Positions 1-21,186 of a stretch of 64,000 bases of DNA are shown one piece after another. Each line of letters opens with the position of its first letter. Position 1 is the stretch's first letter. The DNA is from the human T2T-CHM13v2.0 reference genome, Homo sapiens: the NCBI RefSeq assembly GCF_009914755.1, contig NC_060935.1. One strand, given 5' to 3'. Below the pieces are notes generated by a model. That model did no database searches and was not told where the DNA came from. It saw nothing but the letters and a program-made list of their open reading frames with translations. The translations under genes were made by a program, and so were the position numbers.

Positions 1-4250
<4,250 letters not shown>

Positions 4251-4471
4251 GATCATCCTATCTAACATAGTGAAACCCACCTCTACTGAAAATACAAAAA
4301 AATTAGCTGGGCATCCTGGCGGGCGCCTGTAGTCCTAGCTCCTCCGTAGGCTAAGGCAGAAGAAGGGCGTGAGTCCAGGAGGCAGAGCTTGCAGTGAGCC
4401 GAGATTGTGCCACTGCACTCCAGCCTGGAGGACAGAGTGAGACTCTGTCTCAAAAAAAAAAAAAAAAAAAA
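4251..4471 (+). mobile_element. Alu (AluY-like) lacking its 5' ~80 nt, abutting the L1 poly(A)
   Basis: Alu body from gatcatcct...gaaaccc, ggcagagcttgcagtgagccgag, A20 tail. Confidence 0.88.
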
Positions 4472-4474
4472 GAC

Positions 4475-5575
4475 AAGTGTCCAGATTCATTCTTTTATAT
4501 ATGGATATCCATTTTTCCCAGTGGCAGTTATTGAAGAGACTTTTCTTCCATCATTGTGTGTTCTTGGTACCCTTATTAAAGATTAGTTGACCATATATGT
4601 GTGTTTAACTCTGGGCTCTCTATTTTGTGCTATTAGTAAATACGTCTGTTTTGAACTGAGTACCATACTTTCTAAATTATAGTAGCTTTGTAATATAGTT
4701 TGAAATCAAGGAATGTGATGCCTCCAGCTTTGATCTTTCTCAAAATTGCTTTGGCTATTCAGAGTCTTTTTTGGTTCTCAAAGACAAACTGTTTCTGTGT
4801 AAAGGTAATGTAATATTATATATAGAAAACCCTAAAGACCCCACTGAAAAGATATGAGAACTATAAATGAATTCAGTAAATTTTTTTTCTGGTTTTATTT
4901 CTGGTGTTTTTAGTTTGTTTGTTTTTTGAGACAGGGTCTCACTCTGTTGTCCAGGCTGGAGTGCAGTGATGTAATCATGGCTCGCTGTAGCCCTGAGATG
5001 CAGTGATGAAGTGATCCTCTCACCTTAGCCTCCTGAGTACGTGGAATGACAGGCTTGAGCCACCATACCCAACTAGTTGTTTTGACTTTTTGTAGTTACC
5101 TCCATATGTTGCCCAGGCTGGTCTCAAGCTCCTAGGCTCAAGCAACTCTCTCGCTTTGGCCTCCGAAAGTACTGGGATTACTGATACAAAGCACTGTACC
5201 AACCTCAGTAAAGTTTTATAATATAAAAGCAATATACAAAAATCAGCAGCATTCAGTTACTAACAATGAACCATCCCCCCCAAAAAAAATAAGAATATAA
5301 TCTTATTTAAAATAGAATAAACTATAAAAAGAATTAAATGCTTGGGAATATATTTAACCAAGGAGGTAGAAGATACATACAAGGAAAACAATGAGACACT
5401 GATGAAAGATATTTAAAAAAGACACAAATAAATTAACAGATATCCTGAGTTCATGGATTAGAAGAATTAATATTGTTAAAATGTTAATATTACTCAAAGC
5501 AATCTACACATTAAATGCAATCCCTATCAAAATTCCAATAGCATTTTTCACAAAAAGAGAGAAAGTATTTTTAAG
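4475..5575. mobile_element. Old L1M ORF2 fragment with an internal inversion (4475-4780 minus, 4781-5575 plus), interrupted by an AluJ
   Basis: Degenerate L1 ORF2 3' sequence in both orientations; the two parts are contiguous in L1 coordinates. Confidence 0.75.
4881..5204 (-). mobile_element. AluJ-like
   Basis: T-rich tail, gagacagggtctcactctg...; TSD tcagtaaa on both sides. Confidence 0.85.
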
Positions 5576-5631
5576 TACCTGGTAGGGTGCCTGACACAAA
5601 AACCCATTATTATTATTTATCACTTTAACTG

Positions 5632-5633
<2 letters not shown>

Positions 5634-5669
<36 letters not shown>
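5634..5669. repeat. (AT)n microsatellite
   Basis: About 18 perfect AT units. Confidence 0.95.
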
Positions 5670-5672
<3 letters not shown>

Positions 5673-6447
5673 CAATTGCTGCAAAGTATTGATATGACAA
5701 TAATATAGACATTGTGAATCCTCTGAGAGAATCTTGGAGACAGCAGAGTTAGCCATGGTCATTCTTTGAAAGCCACTGAATTAAAGCATTACAGAAAAAA
5801 AAAAAAAAAACAGTAAAACACTTTGTTGGTGTTCCTGGGATGATTTGGATTTAACTCAGATTAAGATTTTAATTTACTTTATATCAGAAAGTTCTTTTTG
5901 TTTTGTTTTGTTTTTTTACAAAATCATTGTCTCAAGTATGTATGAGGTTCCATAAGATCAAGATCCAAGGACTGGTGGGGGTTGAAGTTCTATTGATATC
6001 TATAGAGCTTCCCTGTTACTGTACATTATGGTTTTAGTTATCTTAATTGTTTTAGGGAATGCTTCACCTATAGCTTGCTTCTTAGTTTATCCTCATAACA
6101 TTTACCTATGCTTTCATTCCTTCCCATAACCATAACTAAAATGAAATTATTTAAAGAATGTTTATTACTTACCTATAAATTGCCAAACCCTGGAGATAAA
6201 GAAATGAGCAAAATGGTCTAGCTGTAGAGCTCCTAAACTTTGAGAATTGTGAGCATGAGCCTGGTTAGAAAAATTCCCAGAACAATGATGATACTGAAAC
6301 TAAGCTTTAAAAATCATAGAGTAATTTGAGGAGAGAATAGGAGACAGTTATTATAGCATCCACATGTAACAAGATATGAAATAAGAGATCCAGCAAGAAT
6401 TGGTTGTACAGAGCAAAAGTGAACATATGAGTTAAAATAAGGCCAGT

Positions 6448-6900
<453 letters not shown>

Positions 6901-8224
6901 CTAAATATCAGTTCTCATTTCTAATGATATGATTGAAAAATGGTATATAGGTTGTATCAGACATGTGAAGGGTACCCAGCAAAACTCAAATCTTGAAATT
7001 CCAAATAAAATATCTACAAATGTATAAGAAGAATGATTACATATTGGGGCTCTGGGCATGGAAAGAGGAAGAACCATATGGCTGCTTTCCTCACCTGAAT
7101 CCTTCATCCAAAGACTTTCCAGAAATTGACATCTCCCTCAGAAATGGTCATCAAAACCATAACCAAAGAAAGAAAAAAGAAAAGAAAAAAAAAAGAAAAA
7201 CCTCACAGAGAAACAAGAGTATATAGCTGCTAGTCAAAGTAAATGTATGCTTGTATGAGATCTTACAGCTTCACGTTTTTTAGGACAGTTTTAATTATCA
7301 CCCAACGTATTAGTTTCACAGTTCAACTCAGCATGATAAACCCTGTGGGATAATTTTACTACAAAATGGCCTATTTTCCATACACACAATTTGATTACAG
7401 CTGTGTCTTTATCTCTGAAATCCATGAGAAATATGTTCTTCCTTTGGAGAAGAACAATACTGATAAACTTCCAAAGGACATCTCTGAGCACTTCTGAAGA
7501 GAAGAAATGGTATTTGGTGTACTTGGGCTTCATAAGCCATGCAACACAAATCAAGTTATAACAATTCTGACACTATCTATGGCTGCAACTAATTACTTGT
7601 CAAATTTGAATGATGATACATCAGGTCATTATACTACAGAATGATAAAAAAGAGGACAACCCAATCCTAAAGTTATATGCAACCAACAACAAATCTTCTA
7701 GTAATGTGAAGCAAAAGCTGATACAATTTAAAAGAAAAAGGGACAAAACCACATTTTAGTGGGGTACTTCCATGCCACGCTCTCAAAAATTGACAGAACT
7801 AGACATAAAATCAGTAAGGATATAGACAAACATATCTAGTAAAACATCTAATTGGCATTTATAGAACATTCCATCCAAGAGAAGAATACGTTCTTCTTTT
7901 TCACGTGCCTTTGGAACATACACTAAGATAGAAAACAAACCACAACAAACTTGAAAGACTTGAAATCATGCAGAATGTGTTGTTTGACCACAATGGAATC
8001 AAAACATAATCAGTAACAGAAAGATACCAAGAAAATCTCAAACACATAAATATTAAACAATACACTGCTAAATAATCTACATGCTAAAAAGGAAGTATCA
8101 AGATAGAACTTTTTTAAATCATTGAACTAAGTTGACAATATAACAAAATTTGTGGAACACAGCTAACACAGTGCTGAGAAATGAATAGCATTAAATGATT
8201 TTATTAGAAAAGAAGAAAATCTCT

Positions 8225-8533
<309 letters not shown>

Positions 8534-9204
8534 GAATGAAAGAAGAGAAAAATCTTAAATCAGTAGCATGACTTTCCACCTCAAAAGAAAGAGCAAAATA
8601 AATGCAAAGCAAACAGAAAGAAAATAATAAATATAATAACAAAAATTAATAAACTTGAAAATAAAAAATAGAGAAAATCAGTTACTTCATTTAAAAAAAT
8701 CAGTAAAATTGACAATCCTCTAAGAAGACTGAAAAAAATGAGACAGAGAGAGAGAGGACATGAATTCATGAATTACCACCATCATGACTGAAATGTGCAA
8801 CATCAATACAGAGCCTTCAAATATTAAAGGAATAGTAAGGGGATACTACAAATAGCGCTACAAACACATACTTGAAAACTTTGAGGAAATTAATCAATTC
8901 CATGAAATGCATAGACAATCACAATTTACTCAAATACTTAAATATAAATAGATAACTTCAACATCCTATAACTATTAATAACATTGACTTTATAATGTAA
9001 ACTCAAAAAAGTCATCTCCAGGCCAGGATGATTTCCCTGGAGAAATTTATCAAGCATTAAGGAAGAGTTCAAATATATTTTATACATTCTCTTTCAGAAA
9101 AGAGAAGAGTAGGGAGTACTTCTCAATATGCTTTATGAATATAGTACATTCATGATACCAAAACCAAAGAAAGTATTCCCTGGTATGAAAACTAATAACA
9201 AAAA

Positions 9205-9333
9205 AAAATGAGAGGGGGCAGGAGAAGAAAAATATGAGAGGCAGAGAGAGAAGAAAAATAGTAAAGAGAGAGAGAGGAGAAGCGAGCAGTAAAGAAGGAA
9301 GGAAGGAAGGAAGAGGGGGAGGGAGGGAGAAAC
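9205..9333 (+). repeat. Purine-rich (GA/GGAA) low-complexity tract
   Basis: gagaga/gaaggaagg repeats interrupting the old L1. Confidence 0.7.
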
Positions 9334-10032
9334 TACCTTGCAAATATAACCACAAAAGTTTTTAACAAAATATTATTAGGTAGAATTCAGCAGTACATAA
9401 AAACGAATTCAGCAGTTTATACACCATGACCAAGTGGTGTTTATTCCAGGGATGCGAGGTTGGAGTGATATTTGAAAATCAATCAATGTAATATACCATA
9501 TGACATGATCATATCAATGAACGCAGAGATACCATTTGATAAAAATCAACATAAATTCATTGATTTAAAAAACCCAACTCTCAGGAATATAGGAATAGAG
9601 AGAAATTACTCAGCTTGATGCTTGATAAAGAGCATCTCCAAAAAACCAGCAGTAAATGTTATACTTCATGTTGAAAGACCAAATGCTTTAGTCTAAGATT
9701 AGGAACAAGGCAAGGCTGACCAATCTTCCCATTATTCAAAATAGCACTAGATGTTCTAGCCAGTGCAACAGGCAATATAAGTAAATAAGAGGTAAAACTA
9801 AGATTAGAGATGAAGCAATAAAACTGTTTCCATTAGGAGATGGCATGGCAGTCTAAATAGATAATCCCAAGGAATCTACAAAAATACTCCTAAAACTGAC
9901 AAGTGAGTTCAGCAAAGCTTCAGTATTCATGATAAACATAAAAATCAAATGTATTTTTATATACTAGCAATGAGCATATGGACATTGAAAATAAAAAATT
10001 ACCATTTACAATCACTAAAAAATGGTGTATAA

Positions 10033-11434
<1,402 letters not shown>

Positions 11435-13914
11435 CGGAACTAGACTAGCTAAACAATTTTGAAAAGGAAAAATAAGTCAGTCTCCCTGGTTTCAAGTTTT
11501 ATTATATAATTACAATAGTCCACAATATGTTATACTGGCAGAGGAACAGACACAGGTCAATGGAATGGAACAAAAAACTCAGAAACAAAACCACATAAAT
11601 ATGCCCAACTGATTTTTGACAAAGGTATTAAAACAATTCAATTCATAGCCTTTTTAATAAGTGATATTGGAGTAAGTCATCATCAGTGGGCAAAGAAAAA
11701 AGAAACGAATCTCAATCTAAACCTCATAATTCAAGCTGGATCATGGACTTAAATGTACAACTTGAAATTATTTTAAAATTTTAGGAAAAAATAGAACAAA
11801 GTTTTCATGACTTTGGACTAGGCAAAGAGCACTTAAATTTGACACCAAATACAAGATTAATAAAAGGAAAAAAATTGTAAATAGAGCTTCAACAAAATTA
11901 AAAACTGCTCTGTACAAGACCCTAAAAGAATTAAAGAAAATCAACAAAAAATAAGCTACAGACTGGGAGAAGATATTTGCAAACCACGTATTGAACAAAG
12001 GATTACTATCTAGAATATAGAAAGACTTAAAACTCAATGTTTAAAAAGAATGCTCATTAGTATATGGGCAAAGTCCTGGTCAGACATTTCACTGAAGGGA
12101 ATATACTGATGAAAAAAAAGCACATAAAAAAATTCCAGCATTATTGGCCACCAGGGAAATGCAAATTAAAAATTAAAACCACAGTGAGATAGCACTATAC
12201 CCTTAGCAGGATGGCTAAAATGAGAACATAAATAAATAAATAAATAAAACCACCACCAGTCATTTATACATTATTCATGAAAATGTAAAATAACCTGCTA
12301 GGTTATTTTACATAACTCCAGGAGACAATGTTAAGGTTTCTTGGTGGAAAAAAAAATTGCCAAACTACATTTTCCACTATCATACAATACAGCAATCACT
12401 CTCCTGGGCATTTATCCTAGAGAAATGAAAACTTCTGCTTGCACACACAAAAAGTGCTAGAATGTTCACAGCAGAATTATTTGTCATAATCAAAAACCAG
12501 AATCAGATCAGGCATCCTTCAATTGGTCAATGTTTAAACTTCAGTGGATGGTATATCCATATCAGGGGACAGAGATATTGATACAGCCAACAACCTATAT
12601 AAATCACCAGAGAATAATGCTAAGTGAAAAAGCCAAACCCGGAAAGTCATATTTGTATAGTTCCATTTATAGAACATTCTTGAAGTGACAAATTTATAGG
12701 AATGGAGAACAGGTTAGTGGTTGTCAGGGGTCAGGGACGTAGTGGGTAGGGAAGTGAATGCTCTAAAAAGTAAACATGAAGGATCTTTGTGGTGGTGGAG
12801 CTGCTCTGTTCTTGACTGTATTAGTGTCACTACACTGGCTATAATTTGTACATAGTTTTGTAAAAGGTTACCATTTGAGGAAAAACTGGTAAAGAGTATT
12901 TGAGACCTCTCTATATATTTCTCACAATTGCATGTGAGTCTACAATTATCTCAAAATAAAGGGTTTACTTTAAAAGGGTCCTAACATCAGCAACCTGGCT
13001 TATTAAAAATGTCATCCGAAGACTGTCATATCACATTAATCATAATTATGTCAACAAAAACAAGGTACATATATTTTAAACAGACTGTCATTTTTAAAAC
13101 AAAAATACTAAATCTTATTTGTTCTTAATGCTCTAACTGAAGCGTAATTTTTACTTATACTAAAACAAAAAGCACCTACATTTCTTATATGTGAGCTATT
13201 TTCTCCCCCTAGAGAGCTGGAAATATGGTTGATAACAACATTTTAAAAGGCATGTGGAAGGACATAAAGTGAATGCCTGGAGCTCATATTGTCTTCTAAG
13301 ATTCTTGGATTGAACATATTTCTATTTTAAGTTTAACTATTTTTGGCATGTTTTCCAAACAGTATCTAGGCTAAGAAAAATGTAACATGCCAAAGTAATG
13401 GTAATTAATAATTCCAGAGGATTATGCTTTAAATAAAGTCATAACAAAGAGCTAACATGCTTTTATTAAAATGTGTAAGTTATTTGCATCAAGGAAAGAG
13501 CTAGTGGATATATTTAGCAAACCGGATATGCACTGATTTTGTTATTCAAGAACATTAGATAAAGTGCACAGAAGAATCCTGTTTGGGAGCTCTGGCTTCC
13601 TAAAAAAAACTCAAAAATAAGAGGCTGCCAAAGCTAATAACTAGATTTGTTGCCCCTGATTCCCACATAAAGACAAGCCTCTTTTGTAATGAATCCTGAT
13701 AGGTTATCCCCTTGGCAACCTGTCATTCAAGTTCATTAGTTCATTTATTCATCTACTAAATATGTTATCTGCAACAAGGGCAACTTTTACTTTGCATGGG
13801 TCACTTACTACTAAAGCACAGAACCAGTAGAGATGAGTGTTTAATAATCTATTGCAGGACATTTTACCACTGATTATATTCTCCTGTATTTTCACTTGTG
13901 TATTTTAACATAAA

Positions 13915-14280
13915 TCAGAGAACCTCATCCTTCCGTTCAAAACCCTCCAAAGGCTTCCATTTTTATGAAGGATGCCACACTATTCCCACTGCTCAGAATG
14001 CTTCCCCCCCAGAGAGCCACCTAGGGAGCACCTTCATCTCTTTCAGATCATTGCTCTAAAGTCCTCTTCTCAGTAAGGCTCACCCAGAGAACCTTATCTA
14101 ATATTCAATTTAGCCTATCTTGCTCTAACACATTTTAGGGTTCATTTACTTTTCTTAGTGTCCATCTTTACATTTCCTTTATAGGATTTTTTTTTGTGTT
14201 CTTGTTCACTGCACTATCCCAAAAATTTTTCTCATGACAAGAACAGAATATATGCTCAACAAAAACATGTTAAATGGAAG
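13915..14280 (+). mobile_element. L2 3' fragment
   Basis: ttcaaaaccctccaaaggcttcc ... tgctcaacaaaaacatgttaaatg resembles an L2 3' end. Confidence 0.55.
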
Positions 14281-17200
14281 AACTTACGTTTTTCTTGGTT
14301 TGCTATGCTTTCTACAAACACTTGCTTACTATTTATAATGTACCAGGCATAATTCTAGCAGTGGAATCAACTACATGCTACACAACCCTTGCTCTCACAG
14401 GTCTCACTGTGGAGGAAAATATTGCAGTTGGGGTGAGAGGAAGGTATTAAAACCGGACGGATAACCGCAGTACAATATGGGATATAGTGCCGGGCTTCTT
14501 GAAAAACCCCGGGATATAAAAACAAACAAAACACAGCACAGTCCTTGAAACTCTTATCCTTAGGAATCTAATTACCTAATGAGGGAATGCCATTTAAAAG
14601 AGAGAGCAGGGTGAGGGGGGAAGATAAATAAACAGAAAAACTTTTAAAAGCAATGTAATATAGCATGCATTGAGATGAATGCAAAAAATGGGGATTCTTA
14701 AAGCATGGAAAAAGGACTAGCTAGATGGCCTGGAGAACTCTAAGAATAACAATGAACCAAGTCTTAAAAGATTAATGGCAAATTTTTAAAGGTGCTTTTT
14801 AAATTATAAAACTAGGATGAGTTTTAAAGGAAATCTGCTAAGACCCCGTCTTTGAACATTTAAACAACTTATTATTATTATTTTGGAGAGTGGGAGAGTA
14901 AATTGATGAATAAAATGTAGTTGTGGTATTGGCCAGAAGTAAATTGAAGCTATATAAGGTTTGTGATAATAAATTTAAGTAAAGCCAGTCAGTAGTGTTT
15001 TGTGTTTGATCCAGCCCTGTTGAGTGGCCCAGGCACAGGTGTAAATTAGGCAGACAGGTAGAATTAGCCAAAGCTGGAGTTGCTCCAGTCAAGTATGGTG
15101 GCAGGTACATGTACAAGGGAATATAGAGATATCCCAATAAGTGATTCTAAAGCTGAACTGGAAATATAAGCTGAATAAGGTCGGAGTGAAGGCTTAAGAA
15201 GGATAATGAACATTGAAGGGTAGGCAAGATCAATAGTGAGTTGTAGATCCTTTTGAGATCAAAGAATTATTGGAGTTCAGGGTGTTGAAGAGGTATAATT
15301 CAAAATAAATCAAATAGCAGAGGTCTTCGCAAATTAATAGGTACTAAATGCTATGTTTTCAAATGAATACTTAACAACTTTCTCTTAAATGCAAGAGGCT
15401 GGACCAAATGATCTATTATCCTCTATGATAAATTATAAGAGAGATGTCTAAGGTAGGTTTTTCATTTCATTCAAGTTTAAATTGTTTGCTGTATGATTTT
15501 ATTGGGGGTAGATTATTAAACACAAATAATATTTTAAAAGTCTCTAATATTGACATTTATATGCTGGAATTTAAATGACATTGAACTTCTCAAATTATTA
15601 TAGATTTGATTATCTCTGTCAAAAATCTCTTATACTTGGATCAAAGAGCTTTCCTTCTTTAAAATACTTTCTTACTAAGCAGGATTGGGGACCACTGGTG
15701 AGTACAAAGTTTGGGCACATTATATAAGGAAAGCTTATGGAATTTGAGAATGCTTAACCTGAAACAAAAAGAAAAAATTTAGCAGTCCTAAGATGTTGAA
15801 AGTGGGCATGCACAAGGTAAGATCTAAATAGTTCCGAATTTAGGCTCTGGAATCATTTAGATCTACATTTGAAATGTAGCTTTGTGACTTGGGCAAGTTA
15901 CTTATCTTACTAAAAATTATTTTCCTCTTTCTGAAGCATTTCTGAGGAAGTCATTTGCAAGGTTGGTGAGAAAGGGAATTTGATTACATGAACTTAAATC
16001 TACAATTATTTAATCCCATATGCAAATAGATGAAATATTTATGTTTTTGAGACTAGAAGCCTGTCTTCTATTTAAAGACACTGTCCTTCAAACAGAGCTC
16101 TTCTTCGTTCCTCAGTCTAATCAAGAACTCTAAAACCAGGAAAAACAGCATATGGGTTACATGCAATTGAAAACTCAATGATTCCACCTCCAAAACTGGA
16201 ATACATTTTGGCAGACCAGACTGCCTCTAGGCTTAGGACATTACTGACTTCTCTGACTATGGGATTTCACAGCTGGGAGCAGGACCAACTTAGCAAAACT
16301 CTTACATAGATGAAATCTATCTTTGGATTTATGCTGACAAGTAAGATTCTGCAACTGGTTTTTAAAATATTTTACTAAATTTTATGTGTTTAAATGTAAG
16401 TATGAAAGAAAGAAATTTGAAGTTGTCAGAGCTTGTTGAAAGACTCCTTATTTAAGCAGAAGTTGACAAATTTATTACATTGTGTAATAAAAGCAGGCTA
16501 TACATTTCATATCGGGAAGGAATTGGAAAGAGCAGAAATAACAGGAGTCAGGAAGAACCACTTGCTTGTATTAGTTTGGCTTGGCTTGGAGAAAATATCC
16601 AATTTGTCAAGCTAGGGTCAGGAAAGTCAAGGTGTAATTTTCCGTCTAACAATGGATAGTTATAAAGGGCCAAACAAAGGTAACAGTAATGGGAATGGAT
16701 ATATTATAATCTACATCGAATATCTCTGGATTCAGAATGCCTTTAATGTTGAATTCTGGAGTATGTTACCTTAGATAAGTTACTCGGTTTTTCCTCAGCT
16801 ATAATATATCTATTTTTAGAGATTCTGCGAGTATTAAATATGGCAAATTAGTAAGTATTTATATCTGTGCCTGGCATTTAGGAGGTGATCAGTAAGGTAT
16901 TACCAGTAATGTAACGGTGGATGCCTTCAGTGATCATTGGCCAGAAATGTTGTACGAAGGATACAGGGAATGTTTGAGGGCTTGATTTAAATGGTTATCA
17001 CAAGCATTCATTTAATTTAAATTTTGTTGCTCACCTACCATATTGTTGTCATTTTGCTAGGTATTGGAACTATACAAATAAAAGCCCTATTCCTTGTATT
17101 TAAGAGTGCAGTCTAGTAGAGAAAGAATAAAACAACAGGATAACAAAATGTGCTATGAAAGCACAAAGGACAGATATTAGCAAAGACCGGAAGCATAAAG

Positions 17201-17349
17201 GGGCAGTCGTTGAAAAAGGCGTCCAGGGGTTTGAAACAATGGAAGCGTATTTCAAGTTGAGAAAAAAGCAAATGAAAAGTTATAACATGTAAAAAGCACA
17301 GTGTTGCAGAATACGGAAAGAGAACAGTATAGCAGAAAGAGGACGTAAT

Positions 17350-17520
17350 TTATAATTAAAGAACCTGGTTTCCGTGGCCTGGCTATGCCATATACTGCCA
17401 CAGGACTAAGCAAATTGATACAACTTATCTAAGTTTCAAAGTACTGATCTGAAAAGTGAGATTCATAATATCTACCCTGCCATAGTTGTGAGGCTTAAAT
17501 GAGATAAGTTATGCATTTAC
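17350..17520 (+). mobile_element. MIR
   Basis: Degenerate MIR core ...ctaccctgccatagttgtgaggcttaaatgagataa. Confidence 0.55.
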
Positions 17521-17579
17521 TTCAGAAAAGTATTTCTTTTTATACCCACTATTTCCAAATGAGCTGACAGTCTTCCTTT

Positions 17580-18610
<1,031 letters not shown>

Positions 18611-20805
18611 ATCCAGTGATTGGTCACATTGTTAATAATCAATCAACAAGAGTGATTTTCATTACTGCCATTATCATTCTGCTGCTATTTTATGTTTAGG
18701 GTTTTTATAAATAGAGCATAGATGCAAGACAAGAAGGGAGAAAAGTGATGCTGGGGGAAGTACAAAGAGACTAGATAGGTAATAAAGGTTTATTTGTTTT
18801 ATACCTTGTTAGGTCATACGGGTTTTATCCAAGTGTATAAGAGGAAGAAGTAAAGGGGCTTAAGCAGAAGGGCATGATGAATAGCTCAATGTTTAAGAAC
18901 CTCTGGTAGCAGAATGCAGAATTAATTACAACTATGAAGTGAAGGCAGGGAGGGCAGTTAGAAGACTCTTATGAAATCAAGGTGAGAAGTAAAAGAAAGT
19001 ACTGAATGAAGACTGTGAATCCTCAGTTTCTGTAGTTTTCTAATCTTCCTGTGTTTAATGCTGTGTCATTAATAATTTCACATGATTGGTGAAAGTGGCA
19101 ACCTTTCATTCCTTGTTTAATCACTCACAATATTAATGTATCTATAATATAACTTCAAATAAAGAAACACAGTCCTGGATAATACTTAAAATTTGAATTC
19201 CAAACTTCAATACCATTGTATGTACTCAGAAAGAAACTATCTTTGTTGTAAGAGGAGAAATATGTAATACAATTATATGTTTTTTTTCTGAGTCTTGATT
19301 TAAAAGGAAACTGTGAAAAAACAGTATGGCATAAAGATGAAAAAAGTCTCTTTGGACCAAAATTTCTTCTTTGAAAACCTATGCTGGAAAGAATTCGTAT
19401 GCAGTGCTGACACGTAAATTCAAGGATATATAATGTTTACTACTTAAACCATTTACTTTACTAACCAAAATAAAAGACATGGTTAGCTGGATTATCAAGC
19501 AAATATTCAAAATAAAATTAAATTTAAGTATGCTCAGATCTCTATCATAAATCATAAATTTCCTCTGGTGTTATTTCTCTCCATTATATGTAAATAGACA
19601 AGGACTATTCCTGCAAAATTGTTTTACCACACAGTCTGTATTTATGCATCTAAAATGTTATTCTTCATGGCTATGTTTCTATAGACATCAAGGTTATCTA
19701 AATTTGATTTTGATAATAGTATATATATCCAAAACTATGATAAGTGATGGTTCACTAGTTGTTAGTACTTTTGTTATAATTGAACTCAAAGAACACAATC
19801 ATGTTGTTACTGGTTTCATCGTAAGGTTAAGTTCTCCAGTATAAAATTTCATTACTAGGCACTTATGTGGGAGAAAATAGTTTGGTCTACTCTACTGTCT
19901 TTATATACTCTGCTATTTCTAATTCAAACTCATGAAAAAAATGTTTCTTCACATTACACTACAAATACGATTACCATCCATAAGTAATGATTTACAGTAA
20001 AAGGCAATCAAGAAAAATCATGTTTAGAAGATAGAAGGAACAATAAATATGCATAAGTTTTTGAAGAATATTCTTGCATTTTCATTTGCCTCTGTTATTC
20101 CTTTAGTTTGTTTCTTAATTAAGGGCATTTTAGCATAATTTTAAAAACATAACTGACAAGTGATAACTTTTTACTTACAACTAATTAGGAGCCTAATTTA
20201 CCTTTAGCCCTATTGTTTTACACACCTCATAAAAGATAACATCAATGTCTGATCCCTCTTACGCATCTCTTCCTTCTTTGTCCCTCTACCTAAAAATAAA
20301 AATAAAAAACCTTAAGATGTATAAGATAAGCAAAGGTTTTATAAGTTAATTTTAAGTGTATAAATGAATAAATTTGTTAACACAAAGGTAAGTTGACATA
20401 TTAGCATACCAAGATGTAATGTCACTAAATTGTAAATCAAGTAATTACACAGAGTTTATTCATACCTCTTTTCCTTCTTTGGTATTCCTTAACCTTTTCA
20501 AGTTTAATGAGCTAATTTCAATTTTGAAAAAAGGAATTGAGAATTAGATAATTACATCCAGCTTTATTTTAACCACTAATTGACCTAAGTTTCTTAGCAG
20601 CCCATTGAGAAAATTAAAGCTCAGAGAAACAGAGGAATTTACCCAAGATTATCAAGTTAACAGATGAGAAAACTAGGACTCACATATTGGCCATTATATT
20701 CATTAAGTAATATAATAAAGTATGTATGAAATTGTGCAGAATACAAAAAGTGTTTAAGATCTAAAAGCAATGATCTCTAAGCCATAAAATAAAAACACAA
20801 AATCA

Positions 20806-21186
<381 letters not shown>

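Noticed and set aside
17187-17200. CCGGAAGCATAAAG matches a stretch of lac promoter/pUC sequence
   Set aside because: Only 14 nt with no flanking vector similarity; chance match
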